Source of the DNA: Lama glama
Taxonomy: Eukaryota
Direction: 5' to 3'
NCBI GenBank assembly: GCA_028534125.1
Contig: CM052841.1
Location: forward strand, 40,176,001 to 40,240,000
DNA: 64,000 nt
Each line of letters starts with the position of its first letter. Within the stretch, counting starts at the first letter, position 1. The position numbers and the translations under genes were made by a program. Shown in pieces: positions 39,051 to 51,864 of this stretch. The notes under the pieces were generated by a model that was given only the letters and a program-made list of their open reading frames with translations, was not told the DNA's origin and ran no database searches.

Positions 39051-39794
39051 TCCTTCTACTTTCCCAATGGCTCCTGACACGCAAGACAATGTGTTGAGCT
39101 TTCCAGGGCAGAGAAATTGGCCAAGGAGCTAATGTGGAAGACAGAAAATACCCAGAATAAGTATGTTTAGTACTGAGTCATAGGACTATCTTCTATTTTT
39201 GCTGGGAGGCAGGCCCATCACTGGCTGAACCCAGGACGTTGCCTGAAAAGTAGCTTCAACAGAGACAAATCTTTAGACGGTGAGTCAAAAAATGCCTTTG
39301 TTTCTCTGAAAGATCTCGAGGGTGCCCTTCCCCCACTCTGCTGCCGCCCAGCTCCTTGAACAAGCACTCTGATCACTTGCTTCTCAGAAGCAGTTGCAAA
39401 TCAAGGACAGAGCTTTTAACTTGACCCACTGAATTAAAAGGAAACACCAATCCATCATCTGTGTACGGCCTGACTGGCTCTGCTATGAAGGCTCCAGCAG
39501 TTTCTGTCCCTCCCTTAGCCTCAGTTTCCCCAGCTGGACAAGGGGGAGTGGGATGCCATGGTGTGGGGACCCCTTCCTGTGCTGAGGGGTGGCAGACCAT
39601 GACCAACCCGTGGGGTGGCTCTGGTCACTCCCATGGAGACACAAACCTCCAGAACTTGGGCTCCTACAGCATCCTCAGCTGGAATCATTCCAAGTGGGAA
39701 CACACACCCCAGGAATGTATCCTACCAGCTGCAGACACAGGGAGAAATTGGGGCAAGGGCAATGAAAGGCATGTGACACTTCCCGTGGGCTCTG

Positions 39795-39985
39795 GGAGGG
39801 TTAGGGCTTGGGCTCTGCAGTGGGTCTTAGCAGGTTCAAATCCTGACTCCATGGCTGACTAGCTATGGGCTCCTGAGAAAGTTATTTCTTTTTTTTGGAC
39901 CTCAGTTTCCCTATTGTAAAAGGAGGAAACTAATGTCCCAGAGGGCGGGTGTGAAGACGGAAAGAGATAATGCACACAGAGTGTG
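39795..39985 (+). mobile_element. MIR SINE
   Basis: ggttcaaatcctgactcc...actagctatg...cctcagtttccctattgtaaaaggagg...gagataatgca. Confidence 0.75.
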
Positions 39986-42198
39986 CTGTACGTGTCAGTA
40001 CTTACCCCATGTGGTGCCCTTTAAGCCTCACCAGGACCCTCTGCAGCAGGCACATTTTCCTGGTGAGGGACTAGAGGCCCCCAGGACAGGTTCAGTCCCT
40101 GTCCTCCCTATGGCCACTCAGAGATGTGAAGACTCCAAACCCATTCCACCCTGAGCCCAGGTCTGTTTCTCCAAGTTATCCACCCAGCTCCTCAGCCCCC
40201 TCCCTGTGTGGCCACCTCCTGTGCAGGCTCCATTGGTCCATCTCATAATTTGTGCCAAAGAGCCCAGGGGCTGGTCAGACCCTCCACACCAACCAGTGCC
40301 AAGCAGTACCACCCCGAATCACCCAGTGTGGCCTCACCTAGGCTTCTTCTCCTGCCCCACACTCCTAGGGCAGGGAGCTGTATCTGGGGCTGAACCTGTA
40401 GGCTTCTCCCAGGTGAGTCAAAGAGGGAGAGGACTCAGTCCAGCCAGCTCTGAAGGCAGGTGTATCTGCCAGGTAGGAAAAGGGCTGACACCCTGATGGA
40501 AGCCACACCACCTCTCTGTGTATAGCAGGGCTGCAGCCTGTTCCCTGCAGCCAGAGGTGAAACTGACCGGCATCTGTCCTGGGCGCTGGGATCAACTAAG
40601 GTCATGCACGTGGGATGGGACTCTGGTGCTGAACGGGTTGAGGCGGGGGTTCTGGCTGAGGCTACCAATAGCTTCCTAGAGGGAGGGCAGGCAAGGAAGG
40701 CCCAAGGCTTTTTGGAGAGCTTGTGGTATCTCTCATTTGCCTGGCCACAGAATTCTGAGAGAAGGGAAGACTTACATTCCCAAGAAGCTGGGACTATGTT
40801 ATACCCTGCAATAGCTGTCTTCACGACAGACGGGAAGTGATCATTAAGCCTTCCTGAAAGGCTGCACTGGCTGAGAAGGCCTACTTCTGTGGAGAACACT
40901 GAAGCATCCCTTTGAGAAGTGCCTCTTCTCACAATGCAGTGCAGGACAGCACTCTGAAAGTGGAAAGCACTTTTGCTTTGTAGACTGAATCAGAGAGATC
41001 AGTCCTGGTCTCTGACCAGCATGCTGGGGTCCTGATGGACCAGAGCATGGAAACATCCTTGGAGGGGTTGCAGGCCAAGTTCCTGATGTAGGGCAAACCC
41101 CTCAAAACCAGTCCTGCCTTGTTCAAGCTTCTGCTGGTAAACCCCAGGGAGCGGAAGCTCATGATTCGCTTGCAGGTACATCTGAAATTCTTACCACTCA
41201 CCTGGACCCTAAATCTGTATGACTCTTCCTTGGTGGGCCCAGCTCTGCCCTTTGGAGGGCCCCACACTCCACACCTTTGGAAAAATCTGAAAACACTGAC
41301 CAGTTCCCTCATGTGAGCTGAATAGGCAGAATCAGAATACATGGGTCGGAAAGAGATGGTAAGGATTTTGCCCAGTCGCCTGTACCCCAGCTACAGATCC
41401 TACACCCCAGGCTCTGGAGGCCCATCACAGAGAGCTCCCGAGGGCCCAGATAAACTGTGTGGGAACATCAGTGTGGTAATAGGAGGACGGGGCCCAGCCA
41501 AGCACTGCCTCGCTCCCTGACACCACCAATGACGTGCCAAAGCACGTGCCCCACACACTGCTGACTGAGGTGGGAACATTATCCTTTGTCTCTGAGCAGC
41601 CACACTTCTGGGTTTACAAATGGAGCCGTGGCAGCACTTCAGCAACCCAACTGAGCTGTTTCAACTCGTCCTTATTACCTGACAGGTGGCCCATCCACCT
41701 CACTCCACCTGCACTCTGGGGCTAGGAAACAGGACGGTGTTCCTGCCTGCCAACACCGCATCCAACAGGCTCTGTCCACAGACGTGGGGAGGGATCTAGT
41801 CAAGACTAACGGCTGCAGCTTACAGCATCCCTCCAGCCCGAGTGAAACAGCTTCCTTCTATGGCCTCAGAAATCAGAGCTGAGCCCAAAACAGCATAATT
41901 GGTATCCACTCCAGAGCAGGACACACAGAGATAAGGGACTTGATGAGACACACGGGGATGCGATTCTGGGTCTGTCTTCTACCAGCAGCCTAAGAAGTTG
42001 ACCTACAATGACACTTGTGAAAGCAAGTCCAAATGGATATCTGTGGCTCAGAAACTTATCTGGAGACAGTTCTATCTCAGACCTTGTGATCCTTTATGAA
42101 AAATGAAAGGTACTGAAGTTCTAAAACCGGCTTTGGGCAGAAGCGGACAAGTCCTGGCCCCAGAGCCTTCTGAAGAGATGATGGCTGTCCTGTAGGCT

Positions 42199-42352
42199 CA
42201 GTGCTTTTCACTTTAATGTGCCCATGAATCACCTGGGGGGTCTTTTAAATCAGATTCTGACTCTGCAGGTCTGGGCCAGGGCCTGAGACCCTGCATTTCT
42301 CACTAGATCCCGGGTGAGTGACACTGCTGGTCCAGGGCCACATGTGAGCAGC
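42199..42352 (-). mobile_element. MER5A/MER5B MITE
   Basis: gaatcacctgggg..cttttaaatcagattctgactc.gcaggtctggg...ggcctgagaccctgcatttct...gctggtccagggccaca. Confidence 0.75.
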
Positions 42353-43129
42353 CAAGCACCAGACTAGATGAGAGCATCAAAGGTAACATGACCTGCAGGG
42401 TGGTCAGCCCAGGAGGGGGCGGGACGCCACAGGCCCCTGGTGTCCAGGAGAGGTGTCACATGAGCCCTCTAGCCCTTTAATGCAATTGGGGTTTGTGAAG
42501 AGCCACCTCTGGGTCAGTATCAGCCCCCTTCTAGCTCCTCTCACACCCGAGAGGAGCACGTCTTGACCAGCCGTGCCAGGACAGTCCCTGGATTCCCTTG
42601 TGCCGAGGGAGGAGGAGGCCGTGAAATGCACGGGAGAGACCTGAGGTGACCAAGGACCTTCAGTCACACGACCACTGTCGTCTCTGACATTCAGCCGGGC
42701 GCTGCCAACCTGGCAGGAGGGCCCAGCATCCACAGCACTGACTCTACATGGTGAGAAATGCTGCCCCAGGGTTGTGCGCAGGGAGTTCAACAGGCCCGGA
42801 GAGGCAGTAAGGGAGTCCATGGGACGTGTGGCCGTGTACCAGGAGGGCTCACAGTGATGGTGACACATCTGAGGTGGGCCTCAAAGGAGGGGTGGGACTT
42901 TTCCAGATAGGATATGGCAGGGAAGGGCACTCAGGCAGAAGGAATAGGACTCGCACAGAGCGGCTACATCCAGGGGATGATGAGTGGTATGCGTGGGGCA
43001 GAGGCCTCACTTCCAGGGCTAGAAAGGGAGGAAGGGTCTAGTTGTGCATGAAAAAGGGAGCTTCCAGGCAAAATGAATCTTAAATTAAAAACAAAAACTC
43101 TCCCTTTATGACCTGCAATGTAGTAAGAA

Positions 43130-43470
43130 TTAAATTAGTCATTTGATGTCTTTTTTCCAATGCCTAAACTCTTAGACACATAAAAGTTATTTGCATCTGA
43201 CTTTCCACCTTTTAACATTAAACATAAGCATTTCCCTGGGTTATTATAAACTCCTGGTCAATGTCACTCTGTAGTGGCTGCACAACATTCCTTTAATCAA
43301 TCCCCACTGCTGGACATTCGGGTCGTTCTCCATCTCTCACCATCATCATGCCTTCTCTGTGCTTTAGATCGTAACCTTGACCTGGATCCTAAGGACTGGT
43401 ACTCAAATCAAAGGGTGTGAACATGGCCTAAGAGAGGTAACACATGTGGCAGACTTATTTCCCAAAAGGC
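43130..43470 (-). mobile_element. Ancient L1 (L1ME-like) fragment
   Basis: ggctgcacaacattcc.ttaatcaatccccactgctggacatt.gggtcgtt...aatcaaagggtgtgaacat...ttcccaaaaggctg. Confidence 0.55.
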
Positions 43471-43902
43471 TGAGGGAGAGGAGTTTCAGTGCTGCGATGG
43501 ACACTGGATTCTAGAAAACCAGTCTCAGGGTGGGGAGGAAGGGAGGCACCTGAGTCATTCAAGGGGCTCCTGGCCAGGGGGAGGGTCGGCCCCTGAGGTC
43601 AGGATATGCCCATGGCCTGTGCTGTGTCCATGGGCTCATGCTGAAGCTGGGACAGGAACGCCGTGGCCCCGGATGCACGCAGGCCTGTCACAGGTGTGAG
43701 ATGGGATGGAGCCACTGGGCTCCACCAGGTACAAAAGGAGCCACTCTGCAGACTGGACCCTCCTCACATTTGAGGGGCCCAGCCGTACGTGAAGTCCTGT
43801 GGTTTACGTGAGCAGGCAGGGCCGAGTGTGCTTACCCTCTTTACAAAGCTGAGCACCATGTGGGCCAGCAAGCGCCCCTGAGCAGGGCTGCTGGTTCCTT
43901 AC

Positions 43903-44118
43903 CTGCCAGAGCTGGGATAGTGACCCGGTTCCACTCCCACGGCTGGTCGTACTCGTCGGCGGGCCTGTCGTCATCCTGGGGCAGCTTGCTCTCCCGAAGT
44001 CGGGGGCTGACCGTGCTCTCTGAGTCTGAGTCGACGCTTTGGCCCTCGGGTTCATAAGGGGTGTCGTATAATTGAATGCCTTTGTGCTGCGACCGGACAC
44101 TTTCCTGCCTCTGAAATT
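43903..44118 (-). CDS. SHB: SHB internal coding exon (probable exon 3), 216 nt, phase 1-1; EFQRQESVRSQHKGIQLYDTPYEPEGQSVDSDSESTVSPRLRESKLPQDDDRPADEYDQPWEWNRVTIPALA
   Basis: The translation matches my recollection of SHB, including the YDTP and YDQPWEW motifs of the SHB/SHD/SHE/SHF family. Acceptor ttttgactgcAG at 44120-44119; donor GTaagg at 43902. Splices in frame to the 29004 exon (G|CC = Ala). Confidence 0.97.
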
Positions 44119-45261
44119 CTGCAGTCAAAAGGAGGGAAGCAGAGATATAAAGGATGCATAGTACAAGCTTCATCACCTGGGACCTGGTAGGTGACACCCA
44201 CCAGCCACCACCCAGAGAGGTGGGGACTGCACAGGACAGGCCTCTTTGCTGCATTTAACTGTTCCTCTCCGCCCCTCCCTAGGGCAGTGCCCCTGCTCTC
44301 ACTGGTCAAGTCTTCCTCACAAAGATCTCAGGCTTTGAACCAAAGGACAGAATCAGAAACCTCATGACCACTGTCCAAGGGTAGGGCCCAGACGTGAGCA
44401 TGATGTTCTGGGTATGTTCTGACACCAGCCCAGAACACAGAGTTCTTTCCCCCTCATTTACAGATGAGTGGTGGGGACAGGGTCCTTCCTCTAGCGAAAT
44501 TGCCCATCCTCTGGACTTGTCACTTCCTATCTGTCAAATGAGGAGATTGGGCTAAATGACCCTCAAGTGTCCACCAAGCTCACGTGTTCATTTTGAAGAC
44601 CTAAGAAGCCAAGAGCCATCCCCAGGGGACTGTTTTCTCCCCTAAAGCCCCAGGAGTGACTGTTTTCCTGCCCTTCTACCTCCCCCAGGGCCTGTCTGTC
44701 TTCTAACACACTGAATACAGCCAAGAAACTTGAGAGAGCAGATGTCCAATTTCACTTCTGAATAAGGAAGGAAAGCTCTCAATCTTCTGCAGAGGATACC
44801 AGGTCCTGGCTTGAGTTGGGGCTGAGGAGTGGCAGCCAGTCTGAGGACCCAGACAGGGCATGTTCCTTTCAGCTGCTGCTCACTCCTAAGAGGCCAGCAG
44901 TGGCCGAAAGACGGATGCCCGGATGCCACAGTCAGGTGCTTCTTTGCCAAACAGGGATGGCTTATTTGCTTTGATCATGAACACCCACTTTGTGCAGGGC
45001 CCACAAAGGACGGAGGAGAGGAAAGAGTTCACTGTCGAGGCTGCTCTCAGCAAGCCCACTGTTTCCAGAAGAGAGACAACAGGTACCTAAATCACCATGA
45101 TGCTCTGCGGCAAAGGGGCTCCTGCAGGGCCTGCGAGGGACGAGGCAGGAAGAGAGAGAGGTGGCATTTGAAGTGGCAGAAGCAGAAACAGGAGAGGGAC
45201 AAGATTCCCTGTGGTTGGACCAGGACAGTGCAGCTGGAGAGAATGAGCTCACTGCCTACTT

Positions 45262-45639
45262 TCTCGTTTATTCGATAAAATATATATAACATTTAACTTT
45301 CGCCATTTTAACCATTTTTAAGTGTACAAGTCAGTGGCATTAAGTACATTCATGTTGTTGTACAGCTACCACCACCTTCCCTCTCCAGAACTTCTTCATC
45401 ACTCTAAACTGAAACTATCCCCCACTAACTGTCCCGTTTCCTTCCCTCAGCCTCTGGCAACCACCTTTCTACTTTCTTTTTCTTTTCTGTTTTTTTTGGG
45501 GGAGTGGGGTGGGGGAATTCGGTTTACTTATTTTTTTAATGGAGGTACTGGGGATTGAACCCAGGACCTTGTGCATGCTAAGCATGTGCTCTATCACTGA
45601 GCTACACCCTCCCCCTCTTCTACTTTCTGTCTCTAATAA
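45262..45639 (-). mobile_element. Old L1 (L1MA/L1MB-like) 3' end, interrupted by the SINE and running into an N gap
   Basis: Typical antisense L1M 3'UTR text: ccattttaaccatttttaagtgtacaagtcagtggcattaagtacattcatgttgttgtacagc...cctcagcctctggcaaccacc..tctactttctgtctct. Confidence 0.8.
45478..45617 (-). mobile_element. tRNA-derived SINE, camelid Vic-1-like, full length with 11-bp TSD
   Basis: The minus strand reads GGGGAGGGTGTAGCTCAGTGATAGAGCACATGCTTAGCATGCACAAGGTCCTGGGTTCAATCCCCAGTACCTCCA, with A box TAGCTCAGTGA and B box GGTTCAATCC, followed by A-rich/C-rich/A tail segments. TSD TTCTACTTTCT at 45467-45477 and 45618-45628. Confidence 0.88.
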
Positions 45640-45800
45640 NNNNNNNNNNNNNNNNNNNNNNNNNNNNNNNNNNNNNNNNNNNNNNNNNNNNNNNNNNNNN
45701 NNNNNNNNNNNNNNNNNNNNNNNNNNNNNNNNNNNNNNNNNNNNNNNNNNNNNNNNNNNNNNNNNNNNNNNNNNNNNNNNNNNNNNNNNNNNNNNNNNNN
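45640..45800. other. Assembly gap (161 N)
   Basis: Run of N. Confidence 1.
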
Positions 45801-46149
45801 TGGAGTACCAGGTCCAAGGAGGTGAGAGAGGGGAGGTGAGGCTTGATGTGAAGCGGTGAGGGTAGTGAGAGTGTGCTGTTCTAATGGACTCTTGAGGCAC
45901 TCTGCAAATCAGAGTTCTGATGGCATAAAGCTACAGTAGAAGCCCACAGGAGTCATGTGCCCTGAATAGCAGCTGACAAAATACACCGACGACGTCAGCC
46001 CCTCTGAGCAAGAGCATTCTTGTAGCTTGGGCTTCATGATTCAAGGCCATTCACAGGAATGGCAAAACCCCACGCCGCGCACAGGCCCTGACTCAACAGA
46101 AACCAACTGATGCTATGCACTGACCTTTAGTGTTGACATTAAACAGCGC

Positions 46150-46625
46150 TATGGTAGCATCCCCTAAACTTCATTTAGTAACATACTGACTGCGCGATTT
46201 TGCCGTTTTTGAGTAACACCTGGGTTATTATATGCCATTTTTAAAAACTGACACTGTCTCACTTTTTAGAGGAAATAAAATTCACTTAAAAAGGAGACTA
46301 TTAATCACCACCCTATAAGCTATTATCCTCTACCAAAAACAGATGATAAACATAAACAGAATAAACGAGAACAAAGCCAGTTAGGTAGGTACTGTTGCCA
46401 GGAAGTAAGTCCAAGGCTTGCTCTCTCTGCTGAAGGGAGCCCCGCAAGTACTGGAGAGCCGGTGGGGGAACTAGCAGCAAACCGAGACACTTTCTTTGGC
46501 AAATAAGAATAACCTTCTCCTTTTAGAAAGAAAAAGAATAAAAAGGGGAAAACTTCACTATGTGGTTCTCAGGCCACCTAAAATCGTGTCTCCTTTGAGA
46601 TGTCCCACACTTTGGCAAAACATGG
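46150..46625. mobile_element. MER113/Charlie-like DNA transposon remnant
   Basis: AT-rich body ending in ccacctaaaatcgtgtc...cccacactttggcaaaaca, which resembles a MER113-type terminus. Family assignment is from memory only. Confidence 0.45.
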
Positions 46626-47544
46626 CTTTGTCAGGTCCCATGAGTAAACTGGGGTGATTTATTAGTTTTGGGGATGATGCTTTCCTTTTTATGGGGGAGG
46701 AAGAGGAGTAGGGAAGAGCTATAAAAGACAGGACTTGGTCACTTTAAGTCGAAGACCAATGTAAAGTACTGGAGACAACTCTGTAAATCACAAAATCTAC
46801 CAAACTATCTGATCGGTGCTTTGTGGGGTCTTCATCATCCTTATCACTCCTCGCCTGGTTCTAAGGAGTACAGTCTAGCCTCTTGTCTTTGGAGAATTCT
46901 GAGGGCTAGGGACACTGGGAATGCAGCTGATAGGCACGGACCCACGAACGCCACCTTCCACTTCATCCTCTTTCACAAGCAGGAACAGCAACCGCTAACA
47001 TGTACTCTACAGTTTACAAAGCACTTTGCATGCAAATCACCATTTAATCTTGGGCCACAAAGCAACTCAAGGATGCACTTCTATGGGCCCCCAGCAATCA
47101 GGAGCATCTTCACTTGCTCTCTCAAGGAGCCCAGCTGCAAACAGATGTTCAATGAATGTGAGTGGGATACAAGGATGACAACTCACAGCCAGAAACCACT
47201 CTTTACCCCCAAATTCAGTTAACTCATTAAAGTCCCTGACCACAGTGATAAGGTACCTGCAACAATATGACAAATGCATACAGTTTAGTACTGCACAATA
47301 GTCAGGAGAGATGGATATTCCACATAAACACCAGCCTAAAAGGAAAACATGTGCAGTGAACAGATTAGCTATTAAATCAGAAGGACTTGTGCATCCACCT
47401 CTCATACAGGATTTATTGTTCTGAAAGCATCTGCGCCTTACCAAAGCTGAGTTAGTAATGGCATGCAGTTAGGGCAGGGGATGTTATGATGGTAATCATT
47501 AAAACGAGCTTCCCCCTGTATTACATAGTGAATTCAAATTTTCA

Positions 47545-47725
47545 TTAAGGTCCCAACAATAGGGAGCAGTTAAGTAAATTATGGTATGCAAACTGGATGG
47601 AATATTAAACAGCCATTAAAATGATAAATCTGAAGATTATGTAGCTACATGAAAAAGCGTGCATGAAATTATACTAAGTTAAAAAGTGAAATACAAGACT
47701 GTTTATGTGTTGAGCAAACTGTAAA
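47545..47725 (+). mobile_element. Ancient L1 (L1MC/L1ME-like) 3' fragment
   Basis: caacaatagggagcagttaagtaaattatggtat...atggaatattaaacagccattaaaa. Confidence 0.65.
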
Positions 47726-48784
47726 ATGCGGGCTTTCTAAACTAGTCCCGGGCAATGTGAACAATGCCCCAAAGGAATTCTACTCCTTGCTTAGGACTTG
47801 CTGAATACTGTTATTGCACACTTTGCTCATAGTATCTAAACTCTCATGACAGCAATGTTGTAAGTACAGCTACACATGAATAAAGGGCGGAAAACCTGAT
47901 ACAGAAAGGTAAATAGTTACTGTGTACAGAGGAAGGAATTGTTGCATAATTATTTTTAAAAGTTGTTTTAAATAATGAATAAGGATGCTAGTAAAGAAAA
48001 ATGTAATTAAGAAGGGATCACATGAAAGTAAATACGATTTTAAGCAGGTTGGGCTTATAGGAACGGTGTGTTTCGGAAGCAGCTGCCTTTGCCTGAGAAA
48101 ACACCCATTTAGGGAGCATCTCCTCTCCCTGGAGACATTTGCCAAGAGCCCCAGGAAGTTAAGGGCCATTGTGCCAGGCCAGCTTGCCAGACATCACTGT
48201 CTCCTGCCTAATGACCAGGTCCATCCTCCTTATTACCCAGACCGATCTGTGACCGTCCAGAGACTGATCTAATAGGAGGTTAAGTCACAAGTTATCTGGA
48301 CATCACCATCTATAAATTCATGGAAAATGACCTTTAATCTTGGGTGGCAGCCTGTGATTTTATGCCTCTTAGGCAGGGAGCAGAATCAGTAAATTGACAG
48401 GGTAGGTAGGGATTTCTGTTGACCTCTAGAGTAGAAAGGTTTTAAAGTGGAACTATATACGGAGCAAGAAAAAAAAATAGAGTACTTTCTTTTATAATCA
48501 GAGAATGTCAGAACTGGAAGGGGCCCTGGGCACACTCACCAAGGGCATAGAGCCAGGAGGGTGAGGCTTGTGTGCCGACCAAGGACTGTGACCAGGAGAA
48601 GCAAAGGCCAGAGTGATCATCTCAGCAGGTGATCTTCTGAGAGAGGGGCCCAGGACAGATCTAGGTGCAAACCAGGAGCCTCCTGAACGGCTCTGACAAG
48701 TGTTCAGAGATCTCTACGTCCACAGGACGTAGAGCTCCATTTTGCTCTGGTATTCCCCAACTCTGTGCCTCCCCCTCACAGTTC

Positions 48785-48818
48785 TGTTTGTTTTTGTTTT
48801 GTTTTGTTTTTTCTTTTG
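48785..48818 (+). repeat. (TTTTG)n simple repeat
   Basis: tgtttgtttttgttttgttttgtttttcttttg. Confidence 0.8.
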
Positions 48819-51800
48819 GCTGCCAGGAAGCTCAGAGTTAATTCTGATGCTTAACCCAGTAGCCATGTTAGCTTTGGTACTGGGTCAATCGACTTTCACT
48901 CGCCCTTCCTTCTACATGGGTCTTGACATCTATCCTAACAGCTTCATTATATACATTACTTTTTATTATGAATAGCCTCAAATCTATATATTTGAAAGCA
49001 GGCAGACACACATCTAAACGAAAAAGATGAGAAAAAAAGAAATCTTTTCTTTATCCCTTTAACCTTCCTTTCAGGAACAGAAAGAGGAGGGCAGGGCTCG
49101 GCTTTAGCCTCTGGGGAACTGAGGCTGAGGACAGCAGCGCAGTGCAGCCCTGGTGCACCCAGCCTTCCCCAGCAGCATGGCACCCACCTGTCCTCACACC
49201 CAGCCAGACATCTACCGAATGCCCAGAACAAGAGCTCGATGGAGATGAACCAGACACGGTCCTGGTCTTCAGGGAGCTCTTGGCGATAGAAGGCCAGAGC
49301 CCCCAACACAACAGAGGCGGCTTAGGGTCCTCAACAGCGAGCAGACGTGACACTACAACTCAGTTGGAGGAAACCTGGGAGGGCCTTAAAGTATTTAGAC
49401 ACGAAGTTGTGGCCTCATGGTGTGGCAGGGAAAATGGGCATTTGATGAATGCAGAGCCAAGGAAGAGGCACAGAGGCTGGAAGCACAAGGTATACATGGG
49501 GGAGGTGGGCTGTCCAGGGGTCCAGCAGGCGAGGAAGCCGAGGCAGTGGAAGTGATTCTAGACAGCCCTGAATGCTGCAGGACAGCACCCCCAAGAGTGT
49601 CTAAGGAGAGGTGCCCTATAACCTCCGTGTAGGGTAGAACTGGGTGGGGAGAGGCTGGCACAGGTGTGCAGGTGCCTAGCTGGAAATGATAGATGCTGGC
49701 CGGCAGGCCCCTCACTAATTTTCCCAGCTGGCTTGCCTGGGAGTCCAGATTAGATGCTAAATCACAGAGTGGCAGAGCTCAGTAGAGAGGTGCAGCCAAA
49801 AGAGGCCTCCATTCCCGGGTCTTGCCATCACTGCTCAGCCTAAAAAACCTCTACTCAGCCTGTGATGGGCATGCCTGGCTGTGCCATCAGAACTCTACGG
49901 TCAAGGGCTGCACTACTAGAACAATAATGGGGCTGCCATGGCACCAGCCACCTGTGGGGAGGCAAATCCTGGGGTCCAGGTAAGCGACAGGTTCAACAGC
50001 ACAGCACAGACTGCTGGAGCCTGAATCCTGGCTCCAGCAGGGGACCCAGGGTAAGCTACAGTTGCCTCATTCCTGGAGGGGGAACAACAGTATCCAATGT
50101 GGACGGATGTTATGAGGATCAAATGAATTCATCTATGTTCAGTGTTTAGAACAGCACCTGGTGCACAGAGAGCACTCCAGGAATGTTGGTATCATTTCCT
50201 GGGGCTTCCATGGAACACCACTCCAGGAGCCCTCCTCCTCTGAGATCACCCTTCGCCCCCCACAGCACAGAAAGCCCGCTTACAAACTCTAACAGGACAA
50301 CCCTATGTTGAAAATGGAAGGGCTTCACCACCCATCTCTGAACCTACTTCCATTTCTGGATCCACAATTTCGGATTTCAACTGCACGTCTCCACCTGGGA
50401 GCTTTGCACAACTCTTGTGCATAACACGAAACACACAGGGGAGGGCTCAGTGCCCAGGGCTCTAATGACCACATTTTACAGATGGGGAAACTGAGGCCTG
50501 GGGAAGAGAAGAAGGCCCCAGGTCCTCTAACTCCTAGAGAAGGGCTCTTCTTCCTGCCTGTCCAGACGCTCCTGACTTCTCTTTATCAGACTGTCTTGTT
50601 TGTAACCTTCTGGAGGCAGAGGCATCTATTTCAGTCAGGTCTGAGGTGTTAAAAAGCACACCTAGCCCCACAGCTCAAGTGAGGAGCTCCATGGGAGCAG
50701 TGGGCGGCTGCTCCCAATTAGACACGCATCTGAAACCCAGCCCGGTTCTGAGGCGCCACATCAAAGGGAAGACAACGGATGTTCCCCACAACTGAACTGT
50801 TAAAACATCTGCTGGAGAAAGACCCTCCTCCTAACCGGGAGTCTTCAACGAATGCCTGAATTCAGGGGTCCCCTGGAGGCTGAGGTGGTGCATGGAGCAG
50901 CAGGGGTCCTGGGTGGACACTGCAGGCCAGCAAGGGCAGGGCAGAACGGCTTGGAGATGGAGCCTGGACACCAACCCAACACAACACAAGCAGAGGTCCC
51001 ACCTCCTCCTCCTCCAACTAGTCTGGTTTCCGGAGCTGTCTAGAAGCCAGGAGACTGACTAATTGGAGTTCTCTTACCATCTCTTTTCCGGGCATGCACA
51101 GAAACACCCCAGAAAAAAAGAGGATGAGCTCTGCAGATCAGGGGTGTGGAGCAAGAACAATGGTCACGTCGGTGGAAGCAGCGCAGGCCTGTCACTGCCC
51201 GGCGGAACCTGCACCACTTGCTCTTTCATGATCAGCCCAAGAGCGAGGGGAAGGCCCAAGTCTGAGTCAGGGCGCCCAGTCTGCTCCCTTCCCTTGGTCA
51301 CCTGCACAGGGACAGGGTCTCCCCCGAGGACCCGGTTCTGCAACACCAAAGGGGGCCGGTGGGGGTTCGGGGTTCTGATGACACCAAATGTGCTTCCCTC
51401 ACGATTTAAAAGGCCATGCGGGCCTCTTCGCAGAGCTCTTGGGAGCTGTCTGCAATTACGGCCGGGCCCTCCACCCTGCCCATCACTCTGCTCTCCTCCA
51501 GTGACAGCCTTTGCGTGCAGAGGCCTCTGAGCGGCTGCAGGCCTGAGTTGTGTCGCCATCCCCCGTGGAGACTCACTGAGGCGAACTCGCTGCTCCAGGA
51601 TCCTGGCTGCTCCCAGGCTCCAGGCAGCACGTCAATGAGCATCCATTTAGAGCAGCAACTTTCTCAGGAGACAGCTTTCTGACTTCCTGTCGACGGCAAG
51701 ACCCACATTCACAGGCAAGCGGAGAGACTGCCTGCCTTTCTTTCTCAAACATCCACTGGACCCTGACTGGGTGCTAGAGTGGACCCCAGGCTCCCCCCAT

Positions 51801-51864
51801 CCCCAGAGGACTTGTAGTTCAGCGAGAGAATCAGGGTGCCAACGTTCATGAGGACTCAATTAAT

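Larger units (their letters stand above)
29005..43902 (-). other. SHB: SHB intron (probable intron 3), 14,898 bp, GT-AG
   Basis: Bounded by the donor at 43902 and the acceptor at 29005. Confidence 0.93.

Noticed and set aside
43841-44254. 137-aa ORF as a standalone gene
   Set aside because: Only 43903-44118 is SHB-like and it is bounded by canonical splice sites; the flanks are intronic read-through.
45540-45615. Possible tRNA gene
   Set aside because: It has a SINE tail and TSD, so it is a retroposon head rather than a tRNA locus.
49142-49632. Acidic, protein-looking ORFs
   Set aside because: The underlying DNA resembles a degraded antisense L2 (gagatgaaccagacacggtcctggtcttcagggagctc); purine richness explains the E/G/R bias.
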